NCBI GenBank assembly: GCA_963656345.1
Contig: CAVKHY010000001.1
Span: 1-60,827, forward strand
Length of the DNA stretch: 60,827 nucleotides
From: a bacterium
GTDB lineage: Bacteria; Bacillota; Clostridia; Christensenellales; Aristaeellaceae
Reading direction: 5' to 3'
The position numbers were made by a program, and so were the translations under genes. Below, one piece after another: positions 16,987 through 25,617 of the stretch. Each line of letters begins with the position of its first letter. Within the stretch, counting starts at the first letter, position 1. A model generated the notes under the pieces. The model was given only the letters and a program-made list of their open reading frames with translations. It ran no database searches and was not told the origin of the DNA.

Positions 16987-17718
16987 ATGTCCATTACCCC
17001 CCATGATATTGCGAAAATGCTGGATCATTCCACCCTCCAGCCCTATTTGACCGAGGATGACATTCGCCACGGCTGCGAAGTTGCCCTGAAGTACGACTGC
17101 GCCAGCGTCTGTGCCCGCCCCTGCGACGTGCCGATCCTTGCTGAAATGCTTAAGGGCAGCGATGTGAAGGTGTGCACAGTTATCGGCTTTCCCCACGGCT
17201 CCCACGAAACCGCTATTAAGGTGGCGGAAAGCAAGCTGGCACTGGATGAAGGCTGCCAGGAGCTGGACATGGTGCTGAACATCGGCAAGCTGAAGCATGG
17301 CGACGACGCTTATGTGCAGGATGAAATTCACCAGCTGGCGGAAGTGGCGCACAGCCGCGGTGCCATCCTGAAGGTGATTCTGGAAACCTGCTACCTGACC
17401 GACGAGGAGAAGGTGCGTGCCTGCAAGCTGAGTGAAGCAGCCGGCGCAGACTTTGTGAAGACCTCTACCGGCTATGGCTCCAAGGGATGCACCATTGAAG
17501 ATTTGAAGCTGATGCGAGCCAGCGTCTCTCCCCATGTACGGGTGAAGGGCTCCGGCGGCATTCGCGACCTGGACACCGTGCTGTCTGCTCGTGCGGTGGG
17601 TGCAAGCCGGTGTGGCGTCAGCGCAACGGAAAAGATCATGGCAGAGGCTGAGAAGCGGTATGCGGAAGGTACCCTGAAGGAAGTTACCGACCTGAAGGAA
17701 ATGGAAGGCGGATACTGA
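16987..17718 (+). CDS. deoC: Deoxyribose-phosphate aldolase
   Basis: AAGGAGGA RBS then ATG 16987 (MSITPHDIAKMLDHSTLQP). Schiff-base region is DFVKTSTGY. The track ORF starts at 16738. Confidence 0.9.
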   Translation: MSITPHDIAKMLDHSTLQPYLTEDDIRHGCEVALKYDCASVCARPCDVPILAEMLKGSDVKVCTVIGFPHGSHETAIKVAESKLALDEGCQELDMVLNIGKLKHGDDAYVQDEIHQLAEVAHSRGAILKVILETCYLTDEEKVRACKLSEAAGADFVKTSTGYGSKGCTIEDLKLMRASVSPHVRVKGSGGIRDLDTVLSARAVGASRCGVSATEKIMAEAEKRYAEGTLKEVTDLKEMEGGY

Positions 17719-17795
17719 GAAATTGGATTCGTCGGCTGAGCGGTGCCTGTAATTAGTTTTCTCTGAACTGTTTCATGAACGATTTGGGGTGTGAG

Positions 17796-17841
17796 TGCAG
17801 GAGGATGCTTTTGATGCAAGAGCATTCTCCTGCATTTTTTG
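17796..17841 (+). terminator. Intrinsic terminator after deoC
   Basis: Stem TGCAGGAGGATGCT / AGCATTCTCCTGCA with one G-T pair, followed by TTTTTT. Confidence 0.75.
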
Positions 17842-17864
17842 CATCATACTGGTCGAATTTTACC

Positions 17865-17915
17865 TGCATGTGCATGATTTGCACATTGTGCACGGGAAAT
17901 GTGCACGATTTGCAC
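17865..17915. promoter_or_regulatory. Cluster of six TGCA(C/T) motifs upstream of the DUF2130 gene
   Basis: The sequence is TGCATGTGCATGATTTGCACATTGTGCACGGGAAATGTGCACGATTTGCAC. Motifs start at 17865, 17871, 17880, 17889, 17902 and 17911. It contains two GTGCAC palindromes and two GATTTGCAC copies. Confidence 0.4.
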
Positions 17916-17989
17916 GTGACTTTTCGCAGATTTGACCGTAAAATAGGGGCATGACAGGCAAGCTTGCTAACAAAAAAGGAGTGAAGTTC

Positions 17990-19321
17990 ATGAACGAAAT
18001 CAAATGTCCCCATTGCGGTGAAGTCTTCACGGTAGACGAAGCCGGCTATGCAGCCATCGTGGCACAGGTTCGCAACCAGCAGTTTGATGCGGAAGTGCGC
18101 GGCAGGGAGGAAGCCCTGCATCGTCAGCTGGAAGCACAGCAGCAGGCTGCATTGACCGCTGCGGATGCAAAGCGTCTGGAAGACCTTGCTGCTAAGGAGC
18201 AGGAGATTACCCGTTTGAAGGAGCAGGCCAAAGCAGCAGATGCCGAAAAGCAGCATGCGGTGGAGGCGGCAGTGCAGACGCAGCAAACGGAGCTCATTCA
18301 GCTCCAAGCCGAACATGAGCGTGACCTTGCCGCCAAGGATCAGGAGATCATTCGCCTGAGAGAACAAGCTAAGGCTGCGGATACCGAAAAGCAGCATGCG
18401 GTGGAAACTGCAGTCCAGGAACAGCAGGAAAAAATCATTCGTTTGGAAAGTGAACTCCGGCATGAAAAGGATGACCGTGCCGCTCATGACCGGGATGTGG
18501 CAGATCAGCATCGGCGAGACCTGGCACTTAAGGATGAAGTCATTGCTCAGTACAAGGACTTCAAAGCCCGTCAGTCCACGAAAATGATTGGTGAAAGCCT
18601 GGAGCAGCACTGCCTGATTGAGTTCGACAAGATTCGCATGACGGCATTTCCACGGGCGTACTTTGAAAAGGACAATGATGCCCGTACCGGCAGCAAGGGC
18701 GATTTCATCTATCGTGAAAGCTCTGAGGATGGCATTCCATTCATTTCTATCATGTTTGAAATGAAGAATGAGATGGACACCACTGCTACGAAGCATCGGA
18801 ATGAGGATTTCTTCAAAGAGCTGGATAAGGATCGGCAAGAAAAGAAATGCGAGTATGCTGTGCTGGTGACCATGCTTGAAGCAGATAACGAACTGTATAA
18901 CACCGGTATTGTGGACGTTTCTTATCGCTACCCGAAAATGTACGTCATCCGGCCCCAGTTTTTCATTCCGATGATCACAATCCTGCGCAATGCCGCCTTG
19001 AATTCTGTGGAGTATCAGCGCCAGCTGGCTGCAGTCCGTGAGCAGAATATCGATGTTACTCATTTCGAAGAAGCAATGATGGAATTTAAGAAAGGTTTCT
19101 CCTATAATTATGATCAAGCCAGCAAACGCTTTCAGGAGGCCATCGATGAAATCGACAAGGCCATGGATCATCTGGAGAAAATCAAGAAGGCACTGCTTGC
19201 TTCAGATCGCCAGCTTCGGCTGGCCAATGATAAGGCAGAAGATCTGTCCATCAAAAAGCTGACCAAGGGCAATCCGACCATGCGGGCTAAGTTTGAAGAG
19301 GCAGGAGCTGACATTTCATAA
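17990..19321 (+). CDS. DUF2130-family protein: N-terminal zinc-ribbon-like CxxC, coiled coil, C-terminal PD-(D/E)xK-like region
   Basis: AAAAGGAG RBS then ATG 17990 ([32 protein letters not shown]). The coiled coil is long and rich in Q/E/A. The C-terminal part contains GDFIYRE...[11 protein letters not shown]. Confidence 0.8.
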   Translation: MNEIKCPHCGEVFTVDEAGYAAIVAQVRNQQFDAEVRGREEALHRQLEAQQQAALTAADAKRLEDLAAKEQEITRLKEQAKAADAEKQHAVEAAVQTQQTELIQLQAEHERDLAAKDQEIIRLREQAKAADTEKQHAVETAVQEQQEKIIRLESELRHEKDDRAAHDRDVADQHRRDLALKDEVIAQYKDFKARQSTKMIGESLEQHCLIEFDKIRMTAFPRAYFEKDNDARTGSKGDFIYRESSEDGIPFISIMFEMKNEMDTTATKHRNEDFFKELDKDRQEKKCEYAVLVTMLEADNELYNTGIVDVSYRYPKMYVIRPQFFIPMITILRNAALNSVEYQRQLAAVREQNIDVTHFEEAMMEFKKGFSYNYDQASKRFQEAIDEIDKAMDHLEKIKKALLASDRQLRLANDKAEDLSIKKLTKGNPTMRAKFEEAGADIS

Positions 19322-19422
19322 TCCCGCATTCCTCTTCAATAGGGAATGAGGTGCAATCTTGTCGCTGTCCGCAAAGACCCTACCGGTGGCAGCCACGTAA
19401 GCATTCTGTAATGTATGAAAAC

Positions 19423-19452
19423 TCCCTCTTCTGCATGGAAGAGGGAATTTTC
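19423..19452 (+). terminator. Intrinsic terminator after the DUF2130 gene
   Basis: Stem TCCCTCTTC / GAAGAGGGA followed by ATTTT. Confidence 0.7.
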
Positions 19453-19701
19453 ATGTTCCGCTACTTTTCAAACATGGTCACAACCTTTTCACGGGAAGTT
19501 CATGTTCGTGTCATGTTTCACCGATAGAATCAAGGCATCAAAAGAAAGGGAGGCGGTCGAAGCTGAAATCCTTGTCCAGAGAGGACAAGCTGCCGGATGA
19601 TTCCTTGCCGTGGCCACGGCGGGACGGACAGCGAACCGAATCCATCCGCCGCAGCGCAAACAATTCCTTGCCATTCGGCAAGTCTATATACATATAAAGA
19701 A

Positions 19702-19732
19702 GCGGAGAAGCAATTTATGATCAGCTTCTCCG
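19702..19732 (-). terminator. Intrinsic terminator after the ybaK-like gene
   Basis: Stem GCGGAGAAGC / GCTTCTCCG(T). The minus strand continues with TTCTTTAT. Confidence 0.6.
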
Positions 19733-19740
19733 TTTCCCCT

Positions 19741-20211
19741 TTACTTGCTGACGTCGATCCATCCGGCGGCGCCACTGAACCGTTCTAATTCTTCCAGGGT
19801 GATCTCAATGGCACTGCTTGCCGTGCCGCAGGCAGGATACACCGTGGTGAATCGCTTCAGGCTATCATCCAGATAAATGGTTACCTCCTTGGGAATGCCA
19901 AAGGGACAGACGCCACCGAAATGCAGTCCGGTACAGTCCTCTAATTCCTGGGCAGTCATCATGCGGGCTTTGCAGCCGAAAAGATGCTTGTACTTGGCAT
20001 TGTCTACCCGGGCATCCCCAGCCAAAACGATCAGCAGAGGTTTTCCGTCTGCCATAAAGGAAAGCGTCTTGGCAATGCGTGCGCCTTCGCAGTGGAGGGC
20101 CTCCGCCGCCAGCTCCACCGTTGCGCTGGAAACATCTAATTCAATGATTCTGTCCCCTGCACCAAAGGGGGTCAATGCCTCACGGACGTGGGCTGTGGAT
20201 TCACCATTCAT
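19741..20211 (-). CDS. YbaK/EbsC-family aminoacyl-tRNA deacylase (prolyl-tRNA editing domain homologue)
   Basis: 156 aa. The segments KTLSFMADGKPLLIVLAGDARVD and GGVCPFG are typical of YbaK/ProX trans-editing proteins. Confidence 0.85.
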   Translation of the reverse strand: MNGESTAHVREALTPFGAGDRIIELDVSSATVELAAEALHCEGARIAKTLSFMADGKPLLIVLAGDARVDNAKYKHLFGCKARMMTAQELEDCTGLHFGGVCPFGIPKEVTIYLDDSLKRFTTVYPACGTASSAIEITLEELERFSGAAGWIDVSK

Positions 20212-20214
20212 CCT

Positions 20215-21021
20215 TCATGCTCCTTCATTGTGAGAAATTTCGGTTAATGCGGATAGAACTGCCTGACGGAGGGAAGCACCCTGCTGAAGATGCGCCAGGA
20301 TACTGCCGGCACGGCTGTATGCTGATGCGGGAACGTCCGGCCTTGCCGGAATCAGAACACCCTCTTGCGCAAGGTGCAGCCAGCCGTTTCCATCCTGCAG
20401 GCGAACCACCACGGCGTTTCCACTGAGGTTGGATACCATGGCGGCGGCAATGGCAACGTCCTCCTCCCGGGTAAAACGACGCAGCTCTTCCTCGGTCACG
20501 TGCACCACCGGGTGCAGGGAAAGCAACTGCACCATGGTTTCCGGAGGAATCCTGCACAAGGCATCGCCGGGGACAAAGTGGAGTGCCTTGGGTGGATGCT
20601 CTGTCAGCAACGTACCCAACCCACTAACGGACAGCAGGGCTTCGCCATCCAGCAGCACTTCCTCCTGACGAGCGGCTAAAGCATTCCGCCAAAGTTCCGG
20701 CACAGGCAGAACGCAAGGCGAGTCAAACAGCACGGCTTCTTCGCCTATTTCCGTGCGGAGCAAATAACGACGAGGCTGCGGCGCATCTGCCGATGCAGCG
20801 ATGGCTGCCAAGGCTTCCGGCTGCCGGGCAATCAGTGAATCCTTTCCGCACCAGGTCATGATATGCCCTTTACCGCCGGATTCCCGAAAGGTGAGGAAGG
20901 CATCAAGCAGGTTGCCGGCAGGGCGTATCTGCCTGCCCAAAATGGGAAATTCATCCCCATCCCGAGGCAACGCAGAAAGCTGCAGGGTTGTTTCCTCCCA
21001 AATGATTCCGATGAAAAGCAT
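20215..21021 (-). CDS. PfkB/ribokinase-like protein with degenerate catalytic motif
   Basis: AGGAG RBS then ATG 21021. An N-terminal GGKG remnant (FRESGGKGHIM) is present. The C-terminal DTxGAGD position reads DVPASAYSRAG. Confidence 0.55.
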   Translation of the reverse strand: MLFIGIIWEETTLQLSALPRDGDEFPILGRQIRPAGNLLDAFLTFRESGGKGHIMTWCGKDSLIARQPEALAAIAASADAPQPRRYLLRTEIGEEAVLFDSPCVLPVPELWRNALAARQEEVLLDGEALLSVSGLGTLLTEHPPKALHFVPGDALCRIPPETMVQLLSLHPVVHVTEEELRRFTREEDVAIAAAMVSNLSGNAVVVRLQDGNGWLHLAQEGVLIPARPDVPASAYSRAGSILAHLQQGASLRQAVLSALTEISHNEGA

Positions 21022-21083
21022 GACTGTCTCCTGCAAAGCAATAGGGCTTCCCAACGGAAGCCCCATCGCTTGAAAAAATCTTG

Positions 21084-21953
21084 TTATTGCGGACGTTCCT
21101 TACCCAGGAAGCAGAAGGCCAGCGTACCGGGACCGCAGTGGGCGCCGATGACGGGACCAACCCATTCTACACGAACGTGCAGGCCGGGAATCTTTTCCTC
21201 CAGCAGTGCCTTCAGCCGCTGGGCATCTTCCGGTGCGTCTGCCTGCAGGATGATGCCGCAGGCTTCCGCCGGGTCAAGAATGTTTTCCACTGCCTTGTCC
21301 ACGATGTAGTTGATGGCTTTCTTCCGGCCGCGCACCTTGTCCACGCTGGCCAGTTTGCCTTCCTTGCTCATAATGATGATGGGCTTCAAATCCAGCATGG
21401 TGCCCAATGCTGCCGCCGTGGGGGAGATGCGTCCGCCGCGCTTCAGGTACTTCAGGTCGTCCACGGTGAACCATGCCTGCGACCGGGTACGGTTGGCTTC
21501 CACCCATGCAGCCACTTCTTCCATGGACTTGCCTGCACGGTACATTTCATGAGCCTTGAGGATCAAAATGGTCTGAGGGGCGGAAATGGACAAGGTATCC
21601 ACCACGATGAACTTCCGCTCCGGGTACTTCTTCAGCAGCCGCGCCTGTGCTGCACGAACTGCCTCGATGGTGCAGCTCATCTGGCTGGAAAAGGCCAGGA
21701 ATAGCAGGTCGTGCTCCTTCAGAATGGGTTCGAAGTATTCCAGATAGGCTTCCTCGTTCAGTGCCGAGGTAACGGGCTGGGCTCCTGCCCGCATTCGGTC
21801 GTAGTAGCTTTTGTGATCGATGGTCTGACCCAGATCGTCAAAGTATTCCTTTCCATCCAGCGCATAGGGCATGTACACCACGGGGATGTCCAGCTCCTGC
21901 TTCAGGGCAAACGGCAGATCACTGTCGCTGTCCGTCATGAAGATGTAGTCCAT
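21084..21953 (-). CDS. DegV-family fatty-acid-binding protein
   Basis: N-terminus MDYIFMTDSDSDLP and an overall DegV layout of 289 aa. AAGGAGG RBS. A TTGCTT-17-TACAAT promoter lies upstream on the minus strand. Confidence 0.9.
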   Translation of the reverse strand: MDYIFMTDSDSDLPFALKQELDIPVVYMPYALDGKEYFDDLGQTIDHKSYYDRMRAGAQPVTSALNEEAYLEYFEPILKEHDLLFLAFSSQMSCTIEAVRAAQARLLKKYPERKFIVVDTLSISAPQTILILKAHEMYRAGKSMEEVAAWVEANRTRSQAWFTVDDLKYLKRGGRISPTAAALGTMLDLKPIIIMSKEGKLASVDKVRGRKKAINYIVDKAVENILDPAEACGIILQADAPEDAQRLKALLEEKIPGLHVRVEWVGPVIGAHCGPGTLAFCFLGKERPQ

Positions 21954-22161
21954 TGAAAAACCTCCTTAAAATGAAACCAAGGAAAAAAGAAGACAATATG
22001 ACAAGCGTATTGTACTAAAAGAAATGAAAAAAAGCAAGGGACGGAAACGGCAGGGGACAGGATATTCATCCCGAAAGCAGGATTCCGCCTCTTCCGGGAA
22101 GAATAGGAGAGCAGCTGGATTTCTCCAGCCCAGACCACATGCAGGGAAAGGGGTTCCTCCC

Positions 22162-23205
22162 ATGTACAAAACCGGCGTTTATTTCGGCCGTTTCTGTCCG
22201 CCCCATCGTGGGCATTTGTATCAGATCATTCAGGCTTCCACCAAGTGTGAGAAGCTGATTGTGGTGATTTCCGATAATAAGGTTCAGACGGAGCATCTTT
22301 GTGCGGCGGACGGGCTGCCTACCATTACGTATCAGCTGCGGAAACAGTGGCTGAGTCAGCAGGTGCAGGACATGAGCCACATTTCCGTCCGTGTGCTGGA
22401 CGAAACGGACATCCCTGAATACCCTGACGGCTGGGTCATGTGGTCGGAAAGAATGCGGCAGGTCGTGCCGGAAAAGATTGATGCCTTCTTTGTGGGGGAT
22501 CGGGACTATGACGATACCCTGCAGCACTTTTTCCCGGAAAGCGCCATCGAGATGTTTGATCCGACCAGAAGCCGCTACCCCATTTCCGCTACGGATATCC
22601 GCAAGGATATTCTGAATCACTGGCACTATATTCTGGGCCCTGCCCGTCCTTTCTTTGCCAAGAAGGTGCTGATTGCCGGCACGGAATCCTGCGGTAAAAC
22701 CACCCTGACCAAGTGCCTGGCGAAACTGTACAACACCTCCTGGTCGGAGGAGGTGGGGCGGTACTATGCCCGGGATTACCTGGGCGGAGACGAAACCATC
22801 TTCACCGATGAGGACTTCGGCCGCATGGCTTACCTGCAGGCAGAGCAGGACTATCATGCTATGCGTACCGCCAACAAGGTTTGCTTTTTCGATACCGATG
22901 CCGTGGTGACCAACTACTACAGCGAACTGTACATGGGACACCGCAACAAAATGGTGGAGGCCTATATCAACCCCAAGCGCTACGATGTGGTGCTGTACCT
23001 GAACCCGGACGTGACCTGGGTCAGCGACGGTATGCGCCTCAACGGCAGCCAGGAGCGTCGGGAAATGCTCAATGAACATCTGCTGAGCATGTATGAAGAA
23101 TTCGGCTTCAAGGATAAGATCGTCCAGATTCGGGGCAACTACAATCAGCGGCTTACCGCTGCCATTGATCTGGTGGACGGCATGCTGAATCTGGCGCAGA
23201 AATAA
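22162..23205 (+). CDS. nadR: NadR-type bifunctional NMN adenylyltransferase / ribosylnicotinamide kinase (no HTH domain)
   Basis: The nucleotidyltransferase motif is GRFCPPHRGHLYQI. The P-loop GTESCGKTTLTKCLA sits in the C-terminal kinase domain. ATG 22162 is chosen over track start 22024, whose extension is a basic low-complexity segment without an RBS. Confidence 0.75.
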   Translation: MYKTGVYFGRFCPPHRGHLYQIIQASTKCEKLIVVISDNKVQTEHLCAADGLPTITYQLRKQWLSQQVQDMSHISVRVLDETDIPEYPDGWVMWSERMRQVVPEKIDAFFVGDRDYDDTLQHFFPESAIEMFDPTRSRYPISATDIRKDILNHWHYILGPARPFFAKKVLIAGTESCGKTTLTKCLAKLYNTSWSEEVGRYYARDYLGGDETIFTDEDFGRMAYLQAEQDYHAMRTANKVCFFDTDAVVTNYYSELYMGHRNKMVEAYINPKRYDVVLYLNPDVTWVSDGMRLNGSQERREMLNEHLLSMYEEFGFKDKIVQIRGNYNQRLTAAIDLVDGMLNLAQK

Positions 23206-23322
23206 ACGTCCTTTTGGTTTCCACTTTTCTTACCAGAATGACAACTTTGAGTAAAACTTCTTCTTTTCTTTCAGGATAAATTCATGTATAATACGCTTAA
23301 CAGAATGAGGGGAGGAACCGCT

Positions 23323-23586
23323 GTGCCTAACGAATTTGAAACCACCAAGCTGAGCCCGATCCAGGAGTCCGGCAATGAGGCGCAGGACATCCTCATGTAC
23401 GTGTATTCCGCCTTGCAGGCCAAGGGATACGACCCGATTACCCAGCTGGTGGGTTATATCATTTCCGGCGATCCCACCTATATCACCAGCCATAACCAGG
23501 CTCGCAGCATGATTTGTCGGCTGGAGCGGGATGAAATTCTGGAAGAGCTTGTGCGCTTCTATTTGGCGGAGCATACGGAAGCATGA
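23323..23586 (+). CDS. ireB: IreB-family regulatory phosphoprotein (UPF0297)
   Basis: Conserved core is [67 protein letters not shown] precedes GTG 23323. The track's ATG 23284 lies inside a TATAAT box (23287-23292). Confidence 0.75.
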   Translation: MPNEFETTKLSPIQESGNEAQDILMYVYSALQAKGYDPITQLVGYIISGDPTYITSHNQARSMICRLERDEILEELVRFYLAEHTEA

Positions 23587-24530
23587 TGAAAAAACGCCCT
23601 CTGGGCAAAACTGGGTTGATGGTGTATCCGCTGGCTTTCGGCACGCTGACCGTCAGTTCCATGCAAAAGGGCTTCCGGCCGGAACGGGCTGCGGAGCTTA
23701 TCCTGTATGCGGCGGAAAAGGGGATCAACCTGTTTGATACGGCTCAGCTGTATGATACGTATGAACCTCTGCGCCTTGCGCTGAAAAGGCGGCCAGATCT
23801 GCTGATTTCCACCAAGTCCTATGCATGGGATCGGCAAGGGGCGGAGGCCGCCTTTGAGGATGCCCGCAAAAAGCTGGATATGGACGTGATTCCCATCTTC
23901 CTCATGCATGAGCAGGAAGATCGGCTGACCCTGAAGGGGCATCGGGAGGCCTTTGACTTTTATCTGGAGCAGAAGGCTAAAGGAAAGATCCGCGCCGTCG
24001 GTTTTTCCACACACCGGGTGGCGGCTGTGGATTATGCGCCCCGGTATCCCGGCTTGGATGTGATCCATCCCCTGATCAACCGTACCGGCGTGGGCATTGC
24101 GGACGGCACCCGGGATGAAATGATGGCCGCCATTGAGCGAGCCCATTCCGCAGGCATCGGCATTTATGCCATGAAGCCCTTGGGCGGCGGTCATTTGCTG
24201 CGCGAACCCAAGGAAGCGTTTGATTATCTTCGTTCCGCTCCTTCGGTAGATGCCATTTGCTGCGGCATGCAAAGCGAAGCGGAAATCGATGTGAACCTTG
24301 CCTTGGCAGAGGGATTAACCCCCGACCCGGAGGCACTTACCCTGACCCGGCGTGAGCCTCGGCATCTGATGATTCACGATTACTGCCGCGGCTGCGGTAA
24401 ATGCGTGCAGCGCTGCCGTCAGGGCGCACTGTCCATTGTGGATGGGAAATGCGTCTGCGATCAAAGCAAATGTGTGCGCTGCGGTTACTGTGCGCCGGTA
24501 TGTGAGGATTTCTGCATCAAGGTTGTGTAA
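23583..24530 (+). CDS. Aldo/keto reductase fused to a C-terminal 2x[4Fe-4S] ferredoxin domain
   Basis: AKR N-terminus [18 protein letters not shown]-terminal [11 protein letters not shown] and [11 protein letters not shown] motifs. ATGA overlap with ireB. Confidence 0.85.
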   Translation: MMKKRPLGKTGLMVYPLAFGTLTVSSMQKGFRPERAAELILYAAEKGINLFDTAQLYDTYEPLRLALKRRPDLLISTKSYAWDRQGAEAAFEDARKKLDMDVIPIFLMHEQEDRLTLKGHREAFDFYLEQKAKGKIRAVGFSTHRVAAVDYAPRYPGLDVIHPLINRTGVGIADGTRDEMMAAIERAHSAGIGIYAMKPLGGGHLLREPKEAFDYLRSAPSVDAICCGMQSEAEIDVNLALAEGLTPDPEALTLTRREPRHLMIHDYCRGCGKCVQRCRQGALSIVDGKCVCDQSKCVRCGYCAPVCEDFCIKVV

Positions 24531-24570
24531 TCTGCTGTGTCCGTAAGGTTGACAAAGGAGGTTGGCAAAG

Positions 24571-24978
24571 ATGCGGCACAAGTTCACCAGTTCTCCGGGT
24601 CTTTTCGGCGCTACCAACTTTTATGATGAAAGCGGTCGCCTGGCAGGGTACAGCATGGGGAATGCCTTGGGCGGCACGGATTACTTTGATCCAAGCGGCA
24701 GGCGTGTAGGCTATAGCCTGGATGGCGTGCTCAGCAATCAAACCTTCTACGATACTGCCGGACGAAATCTTGGCTACAGCGTTGACGGGCTCTTCGGCAG
24801 TGAGGATTTCTACGATGCGGCCAATCGGCACGTAGGTTTCAGCACGCCCGGCCTTTTCGGCACCAATACCTATATGGATGAGTCTCCGGATCCCTTTGCC
24901 GACGACGGAAATTTTGACGATGGTCTCGGCTTCGGGGATGACTTCGGCGGGAATGACGGTTTTAACGGAGGATGGTAA
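24571..24978 (+). CDS. Repeat protein of unknown function: five ~20-aa FYD-x2-GR-x2-GYS repeats plus an acidic Gly/Asp/Phe tail
   Basis: AAAGGAGG RBS then ATG 24571; the track start 24562 is a TTG. The repeats are FYDESGRLAGYS, YFDPSGRRVGYS, FYDTAGRNLGYS and FYDAANRHVGFS. A terminator follows. Confidence 0.6.
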   Translation: MRHKFTSSPGLFGATNFYDESGRLAGYSMGNALGGTDYFDPSGRRVGYSLDGVLSNQTFYDTAGRNLGYSVDGLFGSEDFYDAANRHVGFSTPGLFGTNTYMDESPDPFADDGNFDDGLGFGDDFGGNDGFNGGW

Positions 24979-25012
24979 TTGCGTGGTGGCACTTTCACCA
25001 TCCTGATACTCC

Positions 25013-25048
25013 GGCAGCGGGATGATCTTGTCCCGCTGCCTTTCTTTC
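25013..25048 (+). terminator. Intrinsic terminator
   Basis: 10-bp stem GGCAGCGGGA / TCCCGCTGCC followed by TTTCTTTC. Confidence 0.75.
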
Positions 25049-25070
25049 ATCACAGAAAAGAGGACACCGC

Positions 25071-25595
25071 ATGGAGAAAATGCTGCTGCTGCGCCCCGAC
25101 ACATCCTATCTGGATGAGATCAGTGCCTACCGCTCTGAATTTTTGACTGCCGGCAGTTCAATGGACGGCACGGGGATGCTGCGTCAAACAGATGCCACTG
25201 AATGGCTGCGGCTTGTTCCGCTGTACGAACATCCGGAAACCGTGCCGAAGCCCCTCGTCCCTGCGACCCAGTTCATCTACGTCCGGGAAGCTGACCGCCG
25301 CCTTGTTGGGATGCTTCAGGTGCGGCATTGCTTAAACGATGCGCTTCGGCTTTACGGCGGTCATATCGGTTATTCTATCCGCCCGTCTGAACGGCGCAAG
25401 GGCTATGCTTCCCAGATGCTGAAAGAAGTCCTTCCTTTCTGCAAGAGCCTTGGCCTTGACCGCGTCCTCATCACCTGTTTCAAGGAAAACGAGGCCAGCC
25501 GCCGGGTTATCCTGAAGAACGGCGGCGTATATGAAAATACCGTCCAGCACCCTCCGGAAAACAGGGAGCTGGAACGGTATTGGATTGCATTATGA
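25071..25595 (+). CDS. GNAT-family N-acetyltransferase
   Basis: 174 aa. The acetyl-CoA-binding-like segment is RRKGYASQMLKEVLPFCKSLG. Confidence 0.8.
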   Translation: MEKMLLLRPDTSYLDEISAYRSEFLTAGSSMDGTGMLRQTDATEWLRLVPLYEHPETVPKPLVPATQFIYVREADRRLVGMLQVRHCLNDALRLYGGHIGYSIRPSERRKGYASQMLKEVLPFCKSLGLDRVLITCFKENEASRRVILKNGGVYENTVQHPPENRELERYWIAL

Positions 25596-25617
25596 AATTA
25601 TGGTGATGGGCTTCTCG

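Noticed and set aside
22024-22161. 46-aa basic N-terminal extension of the NadR ORF, and a possible NAD-responsive leader with several small hairpins
   Set aside because: The extension has no RBS and is low-complexity, so I placed the start at 22162. I could not match the leader to any riboswitch consensus I know. An Rfam scan would settle it.
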